A stretch of DNA of 64,000 nt. Origin: Ascidiella aspersa (lineage: Eukaryota). Shown one piece after another: positions 39,801-50,200 of the stretch (its first letter is position 1; each line of letters opens with the position of its first letter). The notes beneath the pieces are model-generated. The model was not told the origin of the DNA. It saw only the letters and a program-made list of their open reading frames with translations, and did no database searches. The stretch covers positions 38,812,001 to 38,876,000 of the forward strand of contig OZ004608.1 of NCBI GenBank assembly GCA_963924565.1, in the 5' to 3' direction. The translations under genes and the position numbers were made by a program.

Positions 39801-42800
39801 CAGTGTCTAGCTTTTAAAGGTTTTACGATTTTGTTAAAAAGTTTTGGACGAAAAGATGGGAAACTTGTGTATTTAGTGAGAAACAAGAGTTTAAAAAGTG
39901 TACAGTTAATGCTGAGTTGTGTAAGCGTTCCGTCGCACTGTACAGGAATTACAAGCAGTCTTGAAGTAGTGATTCACAAGTGTTTACGTGAGTTGCAGTT
40001 GAAGTCACAGTAGCAGCATCAGCAGTGTCACGCGTTTAGCACCAGGCACGTTATTCTCATCTCTAGTGCTTCCTGTAAAGCTGTGACCCAATGTCGTCTG
40101 CGCCAGCTACAGCGCCGTATATTACTGGCGTGGGCGTGATGCTAGCTTTGTGCGTTATCAGTTTTAATAGATGGAGGGTTTAGCTGTAGCAGACCAGCGT
40201 CGTGTGTACACAGTCGACCACTTCTAAGCTGTGCCCTTAGTTTAGGGTTGCCAAGTCAAGTTGGTGTCATTGCGAGGCTAGTTTATAATTAGTGGGAAGT
40301 TAATTTGAGCTTGTTTTGAGTTGACTGGAAATTAATTGGACAGTTATTTAAATTATAGTCGTTTGACCTGATCAATTTTGAAGTTGCGCTTTTGTGAAAC
40401 TTGTGCTTTTTAATTTAATAAGTTAACTGTTTAACCACGTTTCGATTGTCGGCCATTTCTAGTCAAAACCTTCGCTTTAACGCAAAGAATTTTCCTTACT
40501 CAGGAAATACTACGTATTTTTGTCCAAATTGGAATATAGCCTATACTTCAGACAATACCATGATAAAGAATCATATACGCAGTTAACAATACTTGTATGT
40601 TGCCGTGATTTTGCGAAATCGTTCATTAGTCGTAAGGAATTTTTTTACATGATTAGCGAACTCGGCCAAACCACAAGTTGTAGGGTTGCCAGCTGTGGCT
40701 TGCCTGCCTAGTCACCGTCCCGGTTAATATTTGACCACTACACGCCCCACATTCTTCGCGCTTGTGCCAACAGAACGACGTGATGGTCCTTTTATGGCGC
40801 CACTCCTCGCCAAGGACAAAGAAGCATAGGGGGAAGTGCTTTTACTGTGGAGTCGCTTCGAAAGTCTGCCAGCTAAAAGCTAGCCTGGTTTATATACACG
40901 CGTGGAAAATCCTTTGGTATCAGGTGGCACTCCTTAAAGACAAATTGTATTGAAATCTTCCAAGCTTTTGTACAACCGTGCTTTATCAGGTCAAAGTAGA
41001 AGAAATGACCTGATAAAGCAGGTTGTGCGAAAGCGGTTACTTAGATGGAAAAGCCGTTACTTAGATCGATATGATAATTAGGATTGTTTAGTGCAAGCAA
41101 AGCTAGGCTAGTCAAATGTAGTTTAATGAAATTACTTTAAAACATGTGGCTCTACAGCTGGAGACATGTTGTAGGTAAAAGGCTTTACCAAGAAGCAGTC
41201 AGAATTAGACATTTTGCTTATTTTTCCGTAAAAATTGCTGAATACTGTGATGTGCTAAATCTAACCGTACTCAAGGTTTGATTTTGTTTTAATGCCGCGT
41301 TTTCATTTGTAGAACAATCGATGTTCCACCAACAATCAGCATATTTGCCATTAACGGTCGCTCTAGTTCGCAAATGTTTAATGCGCGTAATTAATTGCCT
41401 GTCAGTTCGACTTGACGCCATTAGTCACTCGGTGTGAAACTTCTAGTTGGCACGTTTGCTCTAGAAACAGCAAACCCTCCCGCCATTTTCAACCTTCCAA
41501 AACTTGCCCAGCAAGCCAGACCGCTCGCGCCCATTGTCCTTGCCACGTGGTCGCATACCGTGAGCGCACAATGGCTATTATTACACCACAGGACGACAAT
41601 ATCGCATCGCATTGTCTCCTGCTATTCTCATGTCATTACACTCTCATTGTTGGGTCACAGTTGTTGATTGTGGCGCGTCACAATGAGCATTGTTTAGTCT
41701 GCTGATTATGTTACGGCTTGTTTGGGTTTGATTTTATTTGATTTAACCTTTACTCTTCAGATTTATTCCGTAATTAAGAGCATTATTTTTAGTTTTGATG
41801 AGCATTGTTTATCTGCTTAGTGCATTTGTATGAATATAGTTGTTATAATTGCCGACTTTAATTGAAAGGTCAATTTTCCTTGCGCGTGTTTTCCAGACCT
41901 GTTCAAAGCTGCTTAATCCAACAGTATTTATTTGCTTGTATTTTTAGCCCAAGGCTGTATAGGCGCCTCAGTAGAACCTAACATTACAGCCACTCCTATT
42001 AAGTAGCGGGATATGCGCCAAATATGCGCTTTCCATCCTAAATTGGAATCGTGAATAGCTTATTACTGGAAAGTATTTACCGCTCTTTATTACGTCATTT
42101 AGTTAACGTTCGTTTGTTCTTAAAACATCTTAAAATGGCACAATCTATTGATAATAAGCACGAGCGTTGGTAACTGGCATTAATTCAACCAACGTTGTGT
42201 ATTGATTGTCACCCTTATGAGGTCATAAAGCTAAACAATCGCTACCTTCTGTTAAGGATCAATGTATTGTGATGTAACAAAGCATCATCGATTGTTTCTG
42301 TGAACATCAATTCAGCACTTTAAGCTGAATTTCTGTGGCAAAGTCCATTAGTGTCAGCAGATGATAATTATTGACCCACTTGAATCAATTAAACCACCCA
42401 ATGATTCAGTCTCTTCAAATGTTGTTACGACCTCGCAGTTTGAATTACAATAATAGCTATTTATGCTACAGCTAAATTTAAACAAGGAAGTCATTAAATT
42501 AGATTTTGTAAATTTATTATTGTTTGCTTATACCATCACATGTTTTTGTTTTTGACATAAAAGATCAAACTGAACCTTACTTGTAATTTTCTAAAGGTCA
42601 AATATAAAGCAAAGGATTAAATTTTGTTTATGAAGTCGTTGTAAATTGATTTGCTTGATGAAAACAGAGCATAGCAACCCGGAAAATAAAGTTTTATGGA
42701 ATGTAGCAGCAAATGTTTGCTAGTAAACTATTATTGCTGCAATTGTTCAACTGTTTTCATTGCAATTGAATCTAATTTTATTCTTGTGCTCTGTTTGTAA

Positions 42801-44187
42801 TTCACAGTCCTCTGAAACTCCTGCCCATATTGAATTTCCAACATCCCATTGGTCTTTCTGTACAAAGGAAGACAATTCCTTTGTTGCTGTCATAAAAACC
42901 CTTTTCACCCTCTCAATTCGGATCGTAACCGATTTACGACATCCAATATGTTAGTGACGCATTTCTCCACTTCACAAAGCCACTAACAATGGGCTCTGTG
43001 ACACGTAAATACCTTTCCTGGAGGGCTTGTCTCCTGGTAAGAGAGTCGCAAATGGAAGGTATCACATTGCAAAAACATAAGTGTACCAAGCTGTTATTTT
43101 AATCCTTAGATTTTGCTGTTACTATTTCACCCATGATATACATATTTCTATTTTCTTTCAGGTTTTGTTAATAGAAACAAGAGTTTAAATTTGTAAAAGT
43201 TTGTAAAAAAGTTCTTCTCTTATTTCGTTGTGCCAAGTTTCATTGCCTTTGTACAAAATGAAGCGGTAAGAAGTGGCATTATTGTCTCAATTTTTCTGTT
43301 AAACTTGTCTTTGCTTAACAGCATACCAATGGACATTCTCTATTATAGCGTTTGCTCTGCAAGTATGTTCTTTAAGCAGAATTACTTTGATTATCTATAC
43401 AATACAGGCAAAACAGTAAAAACATAGAATATAAATGAACTTTCTCTCATTTAAACAAATTCCGTTTTTCTTTGCAAAAAATTATTTATTTTAATAACTG
43501 AATTCAAAAATGATTTTAGAAGTTTTGCAAACCCTTGTAGTTGACCCAAACAAACAGCGATTTTTTATTTGTTTGCTCCAAATGATTTATGTTAAATGTA
43601 GTATAAAAATAATTTCATAAATTTACAAAAGTTATTTTACCCAACAGCATCATAACAATACAGACTTTATTTGTTGTACTTTCCAGAAACCGAAAGTGTT
43701 GAGTCTCTGTGTTCAGAGACGACTGCCGCCAACCCGATCGCCACGATGCACCAAAGCAGCCCGAATGCCAGAACCTTGTCGGCAATGGTCACGCAGCAGG
43801 TAACGCACACTTGTTCGCCTTAATCTTAACTTTAACAGGCATTAAAAAATAAATGAAAATGTATTCAAAATGTTACCTATACTTTTGTTATGTGCTTTCT
43901 TATACCTCTCCAATGTCCAACAATTGGTATTTAATTTATTACTTGTACCTTTAGCGTCAACTGGTTCATGTTTTGTTATGTTTTTTTATTAAGTCTGTTA
44001 CTGTGCTGGTAAGTGCAGGTTGTTTGTTCACAAGACCTGATACAATAAATTGCCATTGTTTTTTTTTTTGTGTAATAAATATACTTTATAAATAAGCATT
44101 AAAATTACCTTTCTAAATTAAGTAATTTGCTTACTGGTTATTTCCAATATTTTACAACTGATGATTTTGCAGGCCTTACAGCAACAA

Positions 44188-44231
<44 letters not shown>

Positions 44232-47200
44232 ACAACAACAACAACAGCAACAACAACAACAGGCAGTTGCCCAAAGCCAACAGTTACAACAACAAATGGC
44301 TTCCGTCCCTCCACATTTCCTGGCCAACCCGTACTTGAACCCCTACGGCCTTCCATTTCTCTACAGCAACCCTGTAAGTGCATATAACTAGATTTGCATT
44401 CAGCAAAATATATGCCAATATTCCACTTCTATGTGGATACTATCAAAATATTATATTGATTTCTTTGAAAAAAATGATTTCATGTGTTTAGTTTACTGTA
44501 TTCCTCATAGTTCAATTCATATGCAAAATATGACTTGTATAACTAAATGGGCAGAGAAACTGAATGCTATTCTTATTTTATGTTAAATTAATTTAAATTA
44601 TTACCATAACCAAGGTTAAAAAAAAAAGAAAAAAATATTAGTATCAGATACCGGTTTAAACAAGTGAACTTGCTATCTAGCTTATTCACATGTCTGAAGC
44701 TCAATGCTGTCTCATGTGTTTTTTATGTACTGTACAATTTTACTATAACCACCCTTCTGACTTGACAATAGACACTTGCTGCGGCCACCGGACTAAACCC
44801 AACAGCGATGGCTCACCTGCAAGCTGTCGCCGCTAGCAACGGGATCGTGAACCCGAACCTGGCCTCGTGGTTCAAACAAAGTCTCCAGCAAGATATGCTC
44901 GAAAAAGAAATGCAACTGAACCAACAGCAGCAGGTGAGCAAGAAGGCAAACGGTGTCTTGTCTTGTGACAAGTGTTTTTAACCATGGGTCGCATTTAAAA
45001 TTAGATTTTTGTTTAATTTGGTTTGGTCGCCGGTTACAATAGTTCAAATGGTTAGATCTGGCAATATACGTACTGAGAAAGATTTTTCTAACATCTTAGG
45101 AAATTGCTGAAGCATTGCAAAGATATGGCCTATATTAATTAAATTTAACTGATTAATGCTTATTTCTTATAAGCAATGCAGCTCAACCGACAGCAGCACA
45201 TTAGCGGGAATGCAGAACTTGTTTTTAAGTTGTGCTCATAAATTTTGAAATCTTAACTGTAAAGTGTAATTTGCTTGAGCAGAAGTTGCCAAACTGTCTC
45301 GGAATTAATTTATTATTTTTGAAGCAAATATGTCAAAAATTCCATATTTAATTGCCAAGAAAACATTGCATTTTAAATCCCTGCCAGATTTCATACATTA
45401 TTTGTTTTATTTTGAATTACCATGTTTTTTGCTAACGTTTTTAAGCTGGATTTTTTTAAAGAATTTTTGTCCAATTTTTTAAATTGTAAACTATAACATG
45501 AAATATTTTTTACACAAATCTAATAACCAATATAGACTTGCGAACATTTCGACCATGATTATCCATTGAAGGAAAGGCACAACAACATCGCTCATTTTCA
45601 TGCTACCCCATTTACGCAGTATGTTAATATAAATTGAAATATTCACAGGTGCTTGCAAGTTACGCTCTTCTCGGCGCCAACCGTGATGCCTTGGCCGCCG
45701 CAGCGGCCGGTTACCCAGGCTACCGTCTTGACCCTGCCGGAACCGGTTCCCCCAAGGTCCAGCAACACCACCAGGCCATCCTGGACGCAACCGCGGCCCA
45801 ACTAAGCAAGGAACATATGGGGTAGGCTGACAAAACTAGAATGGACTCTAAGTAGAAATAAATGGGACATAAACAAACTTAAAAAAGGCTGCAGTGTTTG
45901 AGTTCCACTTACACCGCCTTAAAGGTTTTGTTTATCAACTTCTAGTTTGAATACTACCATGTCTGGTCCTGTTTGTGAGAAGAAAATGTTTTGTTTAAAA
46001 AAAATAAACTTTTTGCCTGTCGATCTTTTTAGGGCGTTCATGTAACCTTTCCCACCCCATTTGTCAATTACCTTAATTTTTTGTGTGTTCTTAAATCCAA
46101 AGCACCTTCTGAAATATTTTACTTGTTGTTTCTCCACGAAAAATATACAGCAACTGTTAATGATTTCAAATATTCTTAAGACTTTCCCTGTCATAATCAA
46201 AGTCAGTCATTATTAAATTCTATTCATTTATAAGAGAAATACATTTCGCCACAACATAAGGAATCACCAGCCTCTTCATTTGGAAAGAATGATTCATTTA
46301 TTCGGATTTACTTAGAATTAAGACACTTATGAGTGATGATGCGTATTTTGTGGCGAAATATTTTTTTCTTATAAATGACTAGAAATTATTAATGACTAAG
46401 TTTGATTAAAGACAGGAAAGTCGATAAAGAATATTAACTACAAGGACTTGTTCGCAGGAAACTTGTGAGCGAGCAGCACAAACAAGATCGTCATCGCGAG
46501 CAGCTCAACTCTCCTTCCTCGTCCAAGAGCAACATCATCAAGAAGTCCACTCAGCCTCCACCGCAACCTCCGCAGATGCCAAAAGCCCCGGCCCGTCGTC
46601 CCATGGAACCGGGTCCGGACCGGGGTTCCCGTGCCCACCACTTCTCCCCGAACCGTACCATGTCCCCTCACCGTGCGCCCCCCCACCCTGGTCAGCTGTC
46701 AAGCGAGTTGATGGAGAAGGAACGAGAGAAGATCCTCCGTCGTCAGGAGGAGGACAAGAGGATGTTGGAGGAGAAGCAGAGGATCGCTCTGATGCGGCTC
46801 GAGGAGGAGCAGAACAAGAGAGAGGAGAAGTGGAGAAAAGTGAGTTGGAAATATTGTTTCCTTGCCTTTATGTAGGTTTTCTTAAAAAGCTCAGGGCCTG
46901 CAGAAAAGAGCAGCACAAAGTGCCAAACACACATGTAAATATTAAATATGTCGTACCTGACTTGTACGTTTCTTTTTTTAATTTGCAAACGACGACCAAT
47001 TGAAACAATTTATTTTATTGGATTTAGTAAAAAAATTTAAAGCGTAGCACTAACAATTTTTAAAGGGTAGCAATTTGGTGAATATGTTAAAGTTGGTTAT
47101 TACCTTCAGCAACTAATCACTAAAAATTACAGGTAAAAAAGAAATTACTACAACAAAGCATGGGTGTTGCAAACATTTTTTGTTTTTATTTGACACATTA

Positions 47201-50200
47201 CTAGCTTGACAGTGGATGTTTATCTTGAGGTTTTAAGTTTAGTTTCCACATTTGACTTCTGGAGATAAAACTCGGGTGTTAACATTTACATTGATGTTCA
47301 AATCATTGATCGATCTTATAAAACCGCCATATTTTGACCAAACATTTTGTTCATTTCTTAAAAGCATTAAAACTAATGGACTTTTATTTTTTTTCCAGAG
47401 CCTTCTCGCTTCGAACATTCCTGACAACAAGAACTTAGTCATCGAGCGTCCTCGGCCAGTCGAGCATCGACCCAAGCCCGAACCCAGCACCACGATCCAC
47501 CAGAGGGCAGCACAGTACATGGATAGCAAGCCGAACAGCATCATAAACAACACACCCTTTGGCATGGTGGACCCCGCTACGTACATGGCAGCACACGCGG
47601 CACGACTATTCGACAATAACCAGCAACTAAAGTTCATGAACGATACTGCTGCCAGATCTGCCGCATCGACACCCGACCATGGCAAGCTGGCACCTGTGGC
47701 ACCCCAGTCGGTGGCAAGCAGCAGCAAGATATGGCAACCGCCGGTGTTGCCAGAACCGGTTAAAATCAAGGAGGACCCTTCGAGGGATAACCGACAGAAA
47801 ACCTCCCCGAAGCGAGCGGTTCCAAAGAAGCCCGCTGCCACGGCCGCCCTCCCAACAACCTCGGCCAACGTCCCCTACCCCCCTTGGGCGTATTACCAGC
47901 ACCACCCCGCTGTGCAGCACCACCTGGTGGCCTCGCAGGCTCACAATCGCCCCACATCGAGCGCACCTGCCTCCGTAGGCCAGTCGGTGATCAACATCAA
48001 CTCGCTGAAGTACAGTCCGTCCGGTCAGAAGCTGGCCTCTCCGAAAGCAACAAACGATGACATCCATATCGGAGGGGTACATCCTGACAAGGGACTGGCC
48101 CTAAAAGCCCCCGCCAAATCATACAGAGACCCGCAGTCGGTGAAATATATAAACGAGCGTGACGCTGTTAACCATAAGCCGCTCCAGCAATCGCCGAGCC
48201 CGGAGATCCTGGGTCCTCTGATGCCAGACGGAACTCACGCGAGGATTCTCAGCCAATCAGCGATGAGCAATCTTTATCGCTTCCCCGGACCAATGGAAGC
48301 GAAGCTGGCGTTATCAACGGCCGCAGCTGCTGCCGCTAAACCGTCAACTTCAGTGATAATCAACGGAGGACACTACAAAGTGACCGAGGTGCACGGAAGC
48401 AACGATAACATCCAAACATCGACGAGCAAACCAAGCCACGTCTTCTACCCAAAGCATTCACCGGCAGTTTCAAAGTCCGACGAACCAATTGTCGTCCACG
48501 ACAGCAAAACACCTCCTCCGCAGCCAATTGTCTCAAGTGAATCGGAGGCTGACAAAAACCATCGCAAGCGTCTCAGCCACGACACAAACGCTGTAACGTC
48601 TGCGCACAAGAAACCATGTCCAGACCCACCTAAAGTGGAGCCGGTCGTGCAAGACAAGAACCGGACTCCTATAACGACCGCTCCAATCAGTTTTGTCGCC
48701 AACAAAGTCCTCACGGAGTTGGCAGCGGCTGGTTTGATGAACATGAGCCCTCACGACATATTATGGGGCACACCCAGCCAGGACGGGAATTACCCAGGAG
48801 CCCCAAGCAAGCTCGCACTAAAAGATGCGCTTCTAGGTCGAAGAGGGGACACCCCTAAATCTTACGAGCCCCAACACTCGGTGGCGCACCCAAGACAGAA
48901 CGGGTCGGCCTTCGTACAAACCCCCGTCACAAAATCATCTCCAGTTACGGAGAAAGCATCTCCTATTGTTCCACTTTCCAAGAAGGTTGAAGTATCTCGG
49001 AACAATGACGTCGCTCCGATGAATCTCTGCTCGAAGCCACAACAACCGCCTCCACAAATGCTACAGCAACAACAAAGGCAACAACAGCAATTTCAGCAGC
49101 AACTACATCAACAGCAAATTCAACAACAACAACAGCAACAGCAACAACAACAGCAACAAGAAATTCAAATGCAGCAACAACAGAAACAACTTCAAAATCA
49201 GTTACAACAACAACAACAACAGAAAGAAAAGTTACCCCATGAACCGCTCCAGTCGCATCCCGTGCACCAGACGACCCCCGAACAACCCCAGCAAACCCCC
49301 ACAGACCCCCCACCCCCCGTAGTTGTGCAAGACGACATCAAACCAAAAACCTTACCCATGGACACGTCTTCACCCCCTGCAGAACCCCCGAAAGCAAAGA
49401 CCCCTACAGTTGCTGTGAGCCCCAGCTCTGACGCTTCAAGTATCTCCGACTTCTCGTGCAGCTCCTCGTCGAGCAAGACGCACCCCCCGGTGGCTGAATC
49501 TGCCCCGAACGCCCCCCAAGTGTCGAAACCCCCGGCCTCTTGCCCCAAGCTGAAGAAAGCGTGGCTAGCTCGCATGTCGGATGAGTCGGACGACGCCACT
49601 CGATCTCCAGCAAACAATCCGATGAAACGTAAGAACTCCGGTGACCTTTGCGGCTCACCTCCTGCCGAGGTTGCCCCCGTCAACCAGGTTACCGAGCTAA
49701 GCGTGAGCACCGACGTGAAACCGAGCGACGAGGGGCTCGCACCTCCCCTGAAGAAACCCAAGAAAAAGCATCGGAAGCAAGACAAGGAGAAGAAGACGAA
49801 AGATCCGAACAAGAAGAAGCGCAAACACAAGGACAAGGATGCAAAGAAGAGCAAGAAGTCCCCAGATCACAACAGTGAGTCCTCCCCCTCGCATCCCAAT
49901 GACGAGGAGCGTAACCATGACAATAGTCTTGTTGCCGCCTGTGACGAGCTGAAGTCGTCGTTGAGGAAAGCAAAGTGCCAAATATCGAACAGTAAAAAAT
50001 ATTTGCTCGGCCTGATGAACTCTCCGAGGTCACCTGGTGGAGAGGATGACGGGAGCGATAAGGAGTTGTCATCGTTTGCAACCGGAGATCACTGTGATGC
50101 TAAAAAGACCAAGAAAAAATCGAAGAAGAGCAAAGAAGTCGAGGAAATGCCATTAGGAGAAAGTAGGTTTTGTTTTATTATTGCAATCTGTAATGCAAAG

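Larger units (their letters stand above)
3501..43686 (+). other. Giant phase-1 intron (40,186 nt) of the KDM3 gene
   Basis: GTAAGT at 3501, tttccag ending at 43686; reading frame continuous across the junction (A|AA=Lys); no credible long ORF in between. Small internal exons cannot be excluded. Confidence 0.75.

Noticed and set aside
4016-43427. The many 60-118-aa ORFs inside the giant intron as nested genes or transposases
   Set aside because: No recognisable domains, composition looks non-coding, and I found no consistent exon chain on either strand. A small nested gene or lncRNA cannot be excluded without RNA data.
44118-44387. Poly-Cys, poly-Val and poly-Thr ORFs
   Set aside because: Alternative-frame and antisense readings of the CAA/CAG polyQ exon.
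47252-47398. First 49 codons of the 984-aa ORF as a stand-alone gene start
   Set aside because: AT-rich intronic sequence ending in a poly-T/CAG acceptor; the ORF is an internal exon.
47239-50081. Several 100-218-aa minus-strand ORFs
   Set aside because: Antisense shadows of the GC-rich exon 10; no recognisable domains.
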